This document shows, one piece after another, positions 39,455-47,896 of a DNA stretch of 58,423 nt (within the stretch, counting starts at the first letter, position 1; every line of letters starts with the position of its first letter). The notes beneath the pieces were generated by a model, which had not been told where the DNA came from, made no database searches, and saw nothing but the letters and a program-made list of their open reading frames with translations. Both the position numbers and the translations under genes were made by a program. This DNA comes from Candidatus Micrarchaeota archaeon (GTDB lineage: Archaea > Micrarchaeota > Micrarchaeia > Norongarragalinales > SBBD01), in assembly GCA_043806595.1 (NCBI GenBank), contig JAZDGU010000046.1, positions 1-58,423 of the forward strand, written 5' to 3'.

Positions 39455-40345
39455 ATGGAAGAGCAAACCCCGAAGTTCATTTCGCTTTCGCCTGCCGTCA
39501 CGGAGATATTGTACGCGGTGGGCGCGGAACCCGGCCTTGCGGCGAACACGCGGCACTGCGACTATCCCGCGAGGGCGAAGGGAAAAAACCGCATCGAAAT
39601 CTGGGAGCAGCCGTCTGCGGAGCTGGCCTCGAAGTGGGGCGCCAATGTGATATTCACCGACCAGCCAATTCCCGAGGCCGCGGTCAGGTCCTGCGGGCAG
39701 GCCGGGGTCGCGGTGGTGGCCAACAGGCCCGCGACGCTGGAGGAGGTTTTCCAAGGGATTATCAAAATCGGGGACGCTGCTGGAAGGAGGCAGGAGGCGG
39801 AGCGGGTCGCCGAAGGCATGAGGACAGGGCTCGCCGGGATCGCGGAGGCGTCCAAGGGAATCGCCGCGCGCCCGAGGGTGTACGTCGAGGAGGCGGGCAA
39901 GCCGCCGGTTGCCGCCGGATGGTGGGTGCCGAGGCTCGTCGAGATTGCCGGAGGGGACAGCGGGCTCGTGAAGGAGGGGGAGAGGCCGCGGGATGTCTCG
40001 CGCAAGCGGATATTCGAGTACAACCCCGAGGCGATGGTCGCATGCTGGAGGGGAAGCGGGGGAAACGTCGAATTGAAGGCCATCGAAGACCGCGGTTGGC
40101 ATTCCCTCAACGCACTTGCGGCGGACCGCCTGCTGGTCATGGACGACGCGCTGCTCTTGAGGCCCGTGCCGCGGCTGGTCGAGGGCACCCGCATGCTCGC
40201 GGAGTTCATATCACGGGCATTCCGGCCGGCAACCGGGGAAGACGACGGCGGATGGATGTACTCGGAAGGGGAGCCGGCGGACCAGGGGCGGGACGGGGAA
40301 ACCGGGAAAAACCGGGGTCCGGGCGGAGAAGAGCCACGTTTTTAA
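39455..40345 (+). CDS. BtuF/HBMR-type substrate-binding protein without signal peptide
   Basis: ISLSPAVTEILYAVG, CDYP, RPRVYVEE, W..LVEIAGG, RP.PRL. Confidence 0.85.
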   Translation: MEEQTPKFISLSPAVTEILYAVGAEPGLAANTRHCDYPARAKGKNRIEIWEQPSAELASKWGANVIFTDQPIPEAAVRSCGQAGVAVVANRPATLEEVFQGIIKIGDAAGRRQEAERVAEGMRTGLAGIAEASKGIAARPRVYVEEAGKPPVAAGWWVPRLVEIAGGDSGLVKEGERPRDVSRKRIFEYNPEAMVACWRGSGGNVELKAIEDRGWHSLNALAADRLLVMDDALLLRPVPRLVEGTRMLAEFISRAFRPATGEDDGGWMYSEGEPADQGRDGETGKNRGPGGEEPRF

Positions 40346-40367
40346 ACCGCGCCCAAGTCAAGACTTC

Positions 40368-41066
40368 ATGTCCAAACAGAACGTGAGCCTGAGGGCCGAG
40401 GCCGAGGTCCTGCTCGCGGTCATGATTTTCCTCTCGCTGCTATACCTCTTCTCGCAGTACGTCGACCCGCAGACCATGACCTCGCTTGTGAAGAGCTGGG
40501 GGGTCTACGGCCCGCTGGCGATAATCTTCCTGCAGGTGGCATTCTCCGTTCTCGCGCCGCTGCCAAACAGCATCCCGGTCATAGTCGCAGGGTCGATATA
40601 CGGCACGATTCCGGGTGCGGTATATGCCGCCATCGGCACTATACTCGGCGCCACGATCTGCTACTTCATCGCCGTGAAGCTCGGCCGGGGATTCGTCACG
40701 AAGATGGTTTCCAGGAAGCACCTCTCGATGGTCGACCTCTTCTTCAGGCAGCACGGCTTCGAGACGATAATCGTCGCACGCCTGATTCCCGTGATGTCCT
40801 TCGACGCGGTCAGCTACGGGGCAGGCCTCGCGAAGATGGATTTCCCGCGCTTCATCATCGGGACACTGATAGGCATGGTGCCCGGGGTCCTCCTGTTTTC
40901 CTTCATCGGGAACGAGCTGAGCTACCAGTGGCTGCTCATCCTGATGGCCGCGATAGTCATCGTCTCGGCGCTGGCGCTGCCCTTGAGCGGGGAAATCGCC
41001 GAGGAAATCACGGTGCTGGGCGGCGGAAGGAAACCAAGGCGGAAAACCGGCCGGCGACGCGGATAA
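40368..41066 (+). CDS. DedA/TVP38 (VTT domain) membrane protein
   Basis: APLP..G..YG, ARLIPVMSFDAVSYGAGL. Confidence 0.93.
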   Translation: MSKQNVSLRAEAEVLLAVMIFLSLLYLFSQYVDPQTMTSLVKSWGVYGPLAIIFLQVAFSVLAPLPNSIPVIVAGSIYGTIPGAVYAAIGTILGATICYFIAVKLGRGFVTKMVSRKHLSMVDLFFRQHGFETIIVARLIPVMSFDAVSYGAGLAKMDFPRFIIGTLIGMVPGVLLFSFIGNELSYQWLLILMAAIVIVSALALPLSGEIAEEITVLGGGRKPRRKTGRRRG

Positions 41067-41068
41067 AG

Positions 41069-41452
41069 TCACTTCCTGCGCGTCGCCGCAGACCTGCGCG
41101 GCGGACTTACCACATGCGAGGCCGCCAGCTCTCCGCGGTAGGATTCGAAGTCCTCCTCAGACTCGCGCGCGTGCAGGCTGTAGGCCATGAAAATCCCGAG
41201 GCCGATGAGCATCAGCAGAATGGCGATGAACATGAGCGACAGCGGGGACAGCTTCAACCCCGAGGAATGGAGTGCGAAGAGTGCGGCGACGAGAAGCAGC
41301 ACGAATGCGAGGAAGGGCCCGACCGCCGAGATGGGATGGGAGCGCCGACGGTGCCGGGAAAAGGCTTCGCCTGCAGCCTTCCACTTCGGCGCCTTTTCCC
41401 TGCCCTTGCGGCGCAGCAGCCGCCTCGGCCTCTTCATGAATTTCCCACTCAA
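41069..41452 (-). CDS. Hypothetical 2-TM protein with basic N-terminus
   Basis: Two hydrophobic helices; TATA-like TTTATA upstream. Confidence 0.65.
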   Translation of the reverse strand: MSGKFMKRPRRLLRRKGREKAPKWKAAGEAFSRHRRRSHPISAVGPFLAFVLLLVAALFALHSSGLKLSPLSLMFIAILLMLIGLGIFMAYSLHARESEEDFESYRGELAASHVVSPPRRSAATRRK

Positions 41453-41474
41453 CCGCCGTATAAAAAGCTGCGCC

Positions 41475-42626
41475 TCACTTGAGGAACACTATCTTGGCGG
41501 GGTCGAATCCGTTGAAGCGGGAACTCAGGCCGGAAGTGTACGCGCCGGCGCTGGGCACGAGGAGGAGGTCGTCGATCTCGAGTTCGGGGAGCCACTCGCG
41601 GCGCGTGATGATGTCGAAGGAATCGCAAGTGGGACCCGCTAGGACGGAAAGGTGCTTCTTCCCGCGCCGGGAGGTTATGAAATCGAACTTCCACTTCGAG
41701 TAATACACGTCGGCGAGTGAGTGGTAAGCGCCGTCGTCGAGGTAGTACCATATCACGCCGTTGCGCTTGCTCTTCCCGATGACGCTTGTGATGAGCACTG
41801 CCGCATTGCCGATGAGGTAACGCCCGGGCTCGGCCCAGATCTCGACGCCCATCGACTCCGGGAAGTTCTCGTCGAGGGTCCTGCGGATTTCCTGCATGAA
41901 CGGCTTGGAGTCGATCACCGAGTGGTTGTACTTCACAGGATAGCCTCCGCCGAGGTCGAACACGCTTAGATTGAGGCCCTCCTTCCTCGCCTCGCGGAAC
42001 ACCTTCCTGCACGTCTCGATCCCCTGCTTGAAGCCCTTGGTGGTGAGGGCCTGGCTTCCGGCAGAGAACGTCAGACCGACCGGGTTGAGGCCCATCTTCT
42101 TGGCCTTCCTGCAAAGGCGGATGGCCTGCTCCGCGGGGGCGCCGAATTTCAGCGAGAGCTTGATCCACGCGTCGTTCTCCACGAAAACCCTCAGCAGGAC
42201 GTCCGAGTCGGGGGCGTGGCGCGCCAGCTTCTTTATCTCGGCGTCGTTGTCGAACATGAATGCGTCCACGCCGACGTTGTAGGCGCGAATTATGTCCTCG
42301 GACATCTTCACGGGGTTGGCGAACACCATGCGCGTGGCGTCAACGCCGATGGAAAGCAGCGACTGTATCTCTCCGAACGATGCGACGTCGAAGCTCGAGC
42401 CCTCGTCCCGGAGCGCGTTGAGCACGCCCTTGTGGGAGTTCGCCTTCACCGAGTAGTGCACCTTGACGCGCGGGCCCATCAGCTTCTTGAACTCCCAGTA
42501 GTTGCTGACGAGCTGCGACTCATTTATGACAAGGACGGGCGAGCCCTCCTTCGAGACGATTTTTTTTGCGGTTCGGAAGTCGAGGAACATTTTTCGGGAT
42601 AGACCACTTTCCGCCCCAAGCGGCAT
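41475..42626 (-). CDS. PLP fold-III ornithine/lysine/arginine decarboxylase-like enzyme
   Basis: YSVKAN, FDVAS, KFGA, DLGGGY, EPGR, GPTCDS, GAYT; alternative start at 42590. Confidence 0.9.
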   Translation of the reverse strand: MPLGAESGLSRKMFLDFRTAKKIVSKEGSPVLVINESQLVSNYWEFKKLMGPRVKVHYSVKANSHKGVLNALRDEGSSFDVASFGEIQSLLSIGVDATRMVFANPVKMSEDIIRAYNVGVDAFMFDNDAEIKKLARHAPDSDVLLRVFVENDAWIKLSLKFGAPAEQAIRLCRKAKKMGLNPVGLTFSAGSQALTTKGFKQGIETCRKVFREARKEGLNLSVFDLGGGYPVKYNHSVIDSKPFMQEIRRTLDENFPESMGVEIWAEPGRYLIGNAAVLITSVIGKSKRNGVIWYYLDDGAYHSLADVYYSKWKFDFITSRRGKKHLSVLAGPTCDSFDIITRREWLPELEIDDLLLVPSAGAYTSGLSSRFNGFDPAKIVFLK

Positions 42627-43573
42627 GATGACGCAATGCGTAACGGGGGCGAATTTATAAAACCAACCCCGGGGGGACGGCCGCGGGGGCGCGCGAGGGC
42701 GAATCCCGCAAGCTTGTAGGCGAGCTTGGCCGCGAGGAAATCGCACGCGTGAAGGGAGGGGCGCGGGGAGAGCTCCATCACGTCGGCGCCTACGATTTTG
42801 TGTGACTTTGCGACTTCCCGGAGTATGACAAGCACTTCGTCCCAGAACAGGCCCCCGGGCTCTGGCGTCCCCGTTGCGGGCATGAGGGAGGAGTCGAACG
42901 CATCGACGTCGAACGACACGTAGACATCGTCCGACAGCGAGCCGGAAATCTCGCCTGCATCCCAGTTGGCCTTGTCGAAAGCGTAGAACGGCCGGATTTG
43001 CCCCGGATGCTTGTCGTAAACGTCCTTGTCCTCGGCGGATACGGACCGGATGCCGACCTGTGCGATGCGCAGGCCGAGGTCCAGCCCGCGGCGCGCGGCG
43101 CATGCGTGGCCGAAGCGCGTCCCCTCGAACTCGTCGCGGAGGTCCGGATGCGCATCGAAATACAGCACGCTCGCATCGGGGCGCTTGCTCTTGAGCGCGC
43201 GGAAGGCACCCACGGAAAGCGCGTGCTCGCCGCCGAGGAGGAGCGGGAACTTCCCGTCGCCAAGAATCTTTCCTGCGACGGTCTCGACCGCGGCCACCGT
43301 GTTCTCGACGGAACCGTAGTCGGGCTCGAGCTCGGGAAGCGTGTGGAAGCCCTCTTCGGTAAAGTCACGGCCCAGCTCCTCGTCGTAAGTCTCCAGCCAC
43401 CTGGACGCCGAGATTATCGCCTCGGGGCCGTGCCTGGCACCCGTCTTCCACGAGGTCGTGCCGTCGAAGGGCGCGGGAATCACCACAACCTTGGCTTGGG
43501 CGTAATCAATCGGATCGACGCCGGGGAAATTGTACGGCGGGAGAAAGCGCGTTCCCGGAAAATCTTTCTGCAA
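42524..43573 (-). CDS. speB: Agmatinase with C-terminal extension overlapping the decarboxylase gene
   Basis: GGEH, DAHPD, HAC, SFDVDAFD, ATGTPEPGG. Confidence 0.93.
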   Translation of the reverse strand: MQKDFPGTRFLPPYNFPGVDPIDYAQAKVVVIPAPFDGTTSWKTGARHGPEAIISASRWLETYDEELGRDFTEEGFHTLPELEPDYGSVENTVAAVETVAGKILGDGKFPLLLGGEHALSVGAFRALKSKRPDASVLYFDAHPDLRDEFEGTRFGHACAARRGLDLGLRIAQVGIRSVSAEDKDVYDKHPGQIRPFYAFDKANWDAGEISGSLSDDVYVSFDVDAFDSSLMPATGTPEPGGLFWDEVLVILREVAKSHKIVGADVMELSPRPSLHACDFLAAKLAYKLAGFALARPRGRPPGVGFINSPPLRIASSCRLGRKVVYPEKCSSTSEPQKKSSRRRARPSLS

Positions 43574-43739
43574 TCAAACCACCATTTTGAGGAAAATCCT
43601 TCACGAAGATATGCACGATGGAAAATAAAAACGGTTCGATTCGGATTTTTCCGGAAAGAAAAAAAAGGAAAGGCTTTAATACGAATCATGATTAATGCAA
43701 ACAATCTTTTCAGAAAAAGCAAACGGTTGAACGAGTGCG

Positions 43740-44675
43740 ATGCTCGATTTTGAAGTCGCTGCGGGATTCAATGCGCGCGTGATTTCATCATCCCAGAAGC
43801 TTGCCTGCGGCGACGGCCTCGCCACCGACCTCTCCATACAGAAGAAGATTGCCGACACCCTTGGCGGCGAAAGCATGATAATCCTCGGCTTCGAGGGCCA
43901 GGAGATCCGCGGAATCCTCCCGCTCTGGAAATACTCGGAGCACGGCAACTCCCGCTGGACCTTCGTCGGGAACGACGAGGTCCTCCCCTACAACGATTTC
44001 GGCATAAGGCCGAAGCACCTGCCAGAGTTCATGAACCAGGTGCCGCTCGGCACGCGGCTCTCCAACATCCACTGGAGGGTCGGCAAGGGCAAGGGCCTCG
44101 AGACGTGCGTGCTGGTGGAACTGCCGAAGAGCTTCATCGACTACTTCTCCCAGCTGAAGCCCAAGGTCAGGCAGAACCTCAGGCGCGTCTACCGAAAGAA
44201 CCAGTTCACGAAAATCTATTTCAACAGGTTAAGCGACATCGACGAGTTCGGGAGGCTCGAGCGGAACATCAACTTCAAGAGCCACGAGCCCTTCGACGTG
44301 ATGACGCCCAAAGAGGAGGCGGAGATATACAAGGTGTTCGTGCACGAGGCCCACAAGAGGGGCATGCTCAGGATGATGAGCATGGAGGTCGAGGACCGGC
44401 TCGCCGCGGTCAACATCTCCTTCCAGAGCGCCATCCCCTCGAGGGGGGGCGCACGCCAGAAAATCGTGTACGACCAGCTCTGCCTCCGCAAGCCCGGCCT
44501 CGAGAACAAGTTCCTCGGCATTTATGCCATAGCGAAGAACATCGAGTGGGCGATACAGGAGGGCGTGCGCTACTACGACCTCGGCCAGGGCGTCTACCCC
44601 TACAAGATGATTTGGAACGTGAGGCCGAAGAAATGCCGCGTCTGGACCAAGGAGGCGCCCGCGGCCTCGCCCTGA
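43740..44675 (+). CDS. GNAT-fold acyltransferase (FemAB/CelD-like)
   Basis: LPKSFIDYFSQLKPKVRQNLRR, GIYAI.KNIEWA, YYDLGQG.Y.YK.IW. Confidence 0.85.
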   Translation: MLDFEVAAGFNARVISSSQKLACGDGLATDLSIQKKIADTLGGESMIILGFEGQEIRGILPLWKYSEHGNSRWTFVGNDEVLPYNDFGIRPKHLPEFMNQVPLGTRLSNIHWRVGKGKGLETCVLVELPKSFIDYFSQLKPKVRQNLRRVYRKNQFTKIYFNRLSDIDEFGRLERNINFKSHEPFDVMTPKEEAEIYKVFVHEAHKRGMLRMMSMEVEDRLAAVNISFQSAIPSRGGARQKIVYDQLCLRKPGLENKFLGIYAIAKNIEWAIQEGVRYYDLGQGVYPYKMIWNVRPKKCRVWTKEAPAASP

Positions 44676-44709
44676 AACCCGCCGCGCCAAAACCCCCCAG
44701 CGGATACTC

Positions 44710-46083
44710 ATGGACTCCACCGAAAAATCCGAACGCCGCATAGAGGCAGGCCTGTTCATACTGACGCTTGCGGCCTCGGCCGCTCTGGTCAACGTCTCCG
44801 ACCTCCGAGGATACGCACTGCTCTTCGCGGGCACGGAAGCTGCCGCGGAAAGGCTGACGCTCGACCTCCACAACAGCCAGACCCCCGAGTTCTCCCTCGG
44901 AAGGGTCGGCGACGCGGTTTCCTTCGGCGATAAGACCTATCCGCTGAAGTTCCCGGGAGTGTTCGTCATCGGCGCGGTGCCCTACACCCTCATCCGCGCC
45001 GCCGGGGTGTCGTTCTCCACGGACTACGCGCTCGCGGCGTTCCTCGTCAGCGTGCTCACCACGGGCCTGCTGACCGCGGCAGCGGCGGTATGCCTCTACA
45101 GGCTGTCGCGCCCGTGGGCGGAGGAGAGATGGCAGCGGCTGATGGTGGCGCTAGGGTATGTCTTCGGATCCAACGTGCTGGTCTATGCGGGCGTACTCCA
45201 CCATGCGCAGATCGGCGGCGCGCTTTCGGTCATCGCCTTCTACCTCGCGATGGAATCCTTCCGCGGGCGTTCGCGGCACGAGGCGCTCGCCGGGTTCGCC
45301 GCGGGTCTCGCTGCCATCACCGAACCCCTGACCGTGTTCGTATCCATCCCGGTCTTCCTCTACGCGGCGTCCTTTTCGCTCAAGCGCGCCCGGACGCTCC
45401 TTGCGGCCGCGCTCGTGCCTGCGGCGTTCTTCCTCTTCCTGAACCTCGCGCTTTTCGGCAACCCGTTCCTGTTCGCGCACGCGTGGTCCATCCAGCACTT
45501 CAACGAGCCGTCGGTCCTCCACACGGTCCCCGACTTCCAGCGCCCGCTGGAATCCTATTTTGCGAAGGCGTACTTCTACGTCTTCAGCGCCGAAATCGGC
45601 CTCGCGACCTACTCGCCGTTCCTCTTCCTCGGCCTGTTCGGGCTCCTTTTCCTTCCCGAGGGGAGGCTGTTGCGGGAAAAGCTGGTCTTCATCTCGAGCG
45701 TCGTCCTCCTCATCGTCTACGTATCGGCCATCGTCGAGGCGGGAAACGCGCAGTACGGCCCGAGGCACCTCCTGCCCGTCATGCCATTCCTCGCCATCGG
45801 CACCACAGCGTACCTTTCCAAGAAAATTCCGGGGATTGCAGTGCTTGCAGCGCTTGCAGCCTCCGTGGCCATTGCCGTTATCGGCGCCCTGAACTCGTCC
45901 ATCAACATGTATTCCTCGTTCAAGTACGTGCAATACGCGGGCCAGCTGGCATCAGACGGATTTCCTTGGGGGGACCTGAGGTTCCTCGCGCCCGGGCTCG
46001 CTGCCGCAGCATTGGGCGCAGTCTTGATGGCTCGCGGGCTTGCCCATGCGCGCGGGAAAAAAAAGGGGAACCCTAGCCGCTGA
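44710..46083 (+). CDS. Polytopic membrane protein, GT-C-like
   Basis: About 11 TM helices, K.PG loop, NLALFGNP, YSPF, YGPRHLLP. Confidence 0.75.
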   Translation: MDSTEKSERRIEAGLFILTLAASAALVNVSDLRGYALLFAGTEAAAERLTLDLHNSQTPEFSLGRVGDAVSFGDKTYPLKFPGVFVIGAVPYTLIRAAGVSFSTDYALAAFLVSVLTTGLLTAAAAVCLYRLSRPWAEERWQRLMVALGYVFGSNVLVYAGVLHHAQIGGALSVIAFYLAMESFRGRSRHEALAGFAAGLAAITEPLTVFVSIPVFLYAASFSLKRARTLLAAALVPAAFFLFLNLALFGNPFLFAHAWSIQHFNEPSVLHTVPDFQRPLESYFAKAYFYVFSAEIGLATYSPFLFLGLFGLLFLPEGRLLREKLVFISSVVLLIVYVSAIVEAGNAQYGPRHLLPVMPFLAIGTTAYLSKKIPGIAVLAALAASVAIAVIGALNSSINMYSSFKYVQYAGQLASDGFPWGDLRFLAPGLAAAALGAVLMARGLAHARGKKKGNPSR

Positions 46084-46121
46084 CCGAAAAAAAGCCGAGT
46101 TGCCCTGAAAAAGCGGGCGAA

Positions 46122-46424
46122 TCAGAACGTCTTGTGCTTCTGGAAGCAGTCCCTGCAGTAGACCGGCCTGCCCTCCGTAGGCTGGAACGGGACCTCGCAT
46201 TCCTTCCCGCAGTCGGAGCATACGGCCTTGTGCATCTCCTTCGGGCCGCTGAAACTCCTTCCGCCGCCACCGCCGTGGAAACCGCCACCGCCGCCGAAGG
46301 ACCTTCCCCTTCCGCCGCCACCGCCGTGGAAACCGCCACCGCCGCCACCGCCGCCTCCCCTCCCGCCGCGGTCGCCACCCCCGCGCCCGCCGTGAGAACC
46401 GTACCGTTTCTTGCTGTAACCCAT
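46122..46424 (-). CDS. Gly/Arg-rich CxxC-x17-CxxC zinc-ribbon protein
   Basis: EMHKAVCSDCGKECEVPFQP..GRPVYCRDCF, RGG-rich N-terminus. Confidence 0.92.
   Translation of the reverse strand: MGYSKKRYGSHGGRGGGDRGGRGGGGGGGGGFHGGGGGRGRSFGGGGGFHGGGGGRSFSGPKEMHKAVCSDCGKECEVPFQPTEGRPVYCRDCFQKHKTF
46257..46346. repeat. 39-bp perfect direct repeat (period 51) encoding GGGGGFHGGGGGR
   Basis: 46257-46295 is identical to 46308-46346. Confidence 0.9.
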
Positions 46425-46572
46425 TTCTATTCCGACCCCCTTGCCATACGCTTGAAACGGCGGGACCGGCCTGAAGCCGGAAGCGCGCGAATCATCGTAG
46501 TAATACCGCCATATTCACACGAAACGCATATATAATCCCCACCCCCCGCTCGGCCCCGCGGCTGAACGGCCG

Positions 46573-47781
46573 TCATTCGTACCGGAGGGCGTCGACCGGC
46601 TGGAGCCTGCTCGCGTTCCTCGCGGGCACGTAACCCGACACCACGCCCACGCCGACGGAGAAAGCCATTGCGAACGCGAGCAGCTCGCCGCTCACCGAGC
46701 TGGGCACGCCGAACTCTCCGAGCAGCCACGATACCGCAAGGCCGAAGAGCACGCCCAGCACGCCGCCGACGATGCCGATCATGGCCGCCTCGTACAGGAA
46801 TATCTCGCGGATGGCGGAGTCGGGCGCGCCGACGGACTTGAGGACTCCTATCTCGCGCGTGCGCTCGAGGACCGATGTGAACATCGAATTGGCGACGCCG
46901 ACGCCGCCGACCACGAGGGATATCGCGGCGACGCCGCCGAGGAAGAGCGAAAGCAGGCCCGTTATCGCGCCGAGGGACTGGGCGGTGCTCTCCGCGGTCA
47001 TCACCGTGAAGTCCTTCTCGTCCTCGCGCACCTTGTGCGACTTCATAAGCTCGGATTCGACTTCCTTCGCAATCACGGCGATGTCCGCGTTCTTCTCGGT
47101 GATGGCAAGGATGGCGAACACGGTGCCGCGGCTGAACTGCTCGCCCATCAGGTTCCTTGCGGCGCGCGGGTCCATGTATATGCCCTCGTCGAAGTCGCCC
47201 CCGATGTCCCCGGCCTTCTTTATGATGCCGCGGACGCGGAAGGTCTCGCCGTTTATCAGCATCGTGCTCCCGATGTCGACATCCTTCTTGAAATAGTCGT
47301 GCGCCACGGTGTTGCCGATGAGAAGGCCCTCCACGTCGCCTTCGCGGAATACCATTCCAGACTCGAGGCCGATGTGCGTGAACTGGGAGAGCACGTCGGA
47401 CTCCAGCCCGTACACCATGCGGTTGTACGTCTCGTTCCTGTACTCCACGCTGGCGAAGGACACCATGATGATGCCGGAAACGGCCCTCACGCCCGCGACC
47501 TTCCCAACCGCCTCGACGTCCCGGTCGTAGAGAATGCCCTTTAGCGTCGGCGGGCCGAAGCCGCTTGACATGTCCTCGAGGCTGCCCGGAATCACCTGGA
47601 CGTAGTTCGCGCCGAAGATGTCCATCTGGCCCCGGATGTACTGGTCTATCCCCTGCGCGAGCGAGATGAGGATGACTATCGCGCCTATGCCGATGACGAT
47701 GCCTAGTATGGTCAGCCAGCTGCGCAGCGAGCGGTGGGCCATCGAGTGCAATGCGTACTTCAGAAGGTCCAAGTGTTCCAT
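46573..47781 (-). CDS. Second MacB/FtsX-type ABC permease
   Basis: Paralog of 15463-16674 (MEH.DLLKYA..HRSLRSWLT, PVDALRYE). Confidence 0.95.
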   Translation of the reverse strand: MEHLDLLKYALHSMAHRSLRSWLTILGIVIGIGAIVILISLAQGIDQYIRGQMDIFGANYVQVIPGSLEDMSSGFGPPTLKGILYDRDVEAVGKVAGVRAVSGIIMVSFASVEYRNETYNRMVYGLESDVLSQFTHIGLESGMVFREGDVEGLLIGNTVAHDYFKKDVDIGSTMLINGETFRVRGIIKKAGDIGGDFDEGIYMDPRAARNLMGEQFSRGTVFAILAITEKNADIAVIAKEVESELMKSHKVREDEKDFTVMTAESTAQSLGAITGLLSLFLGGVAAISLVVGGVGVANSMFTSVLERTREIGVLKSVGAPDSAIREIFLYEAAMIGIVGGVLGVLFGLAVSWLLGEFGVPSSVSGELLAFAMAFSVGVGVVSGYVPARNASRLQPVDALRYE

Positions 47782-47896
47782 GACGGAAAACCCGCTAACT
47801 TTACTTGCCTTTGCAGGGGTTGCCCGCAAGCATTCCGCCCCCCTGCCTTAAATATCCAACGCCGTTAATTCCACCAAGAGAAACGGTGGGGACCAG

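Noticed and set aside
43480-43722. SpeFL-like leader peptide upstream of speB
   Set aside because: No motif similarity; the ORF is explained by AT-rich promoter sequence
46257-46346. CRISPR-like repeat
   Set aside because: Two copies of a Gly-codon repeat inside a CDS with a 12-bp spacer; no cas genes in the window
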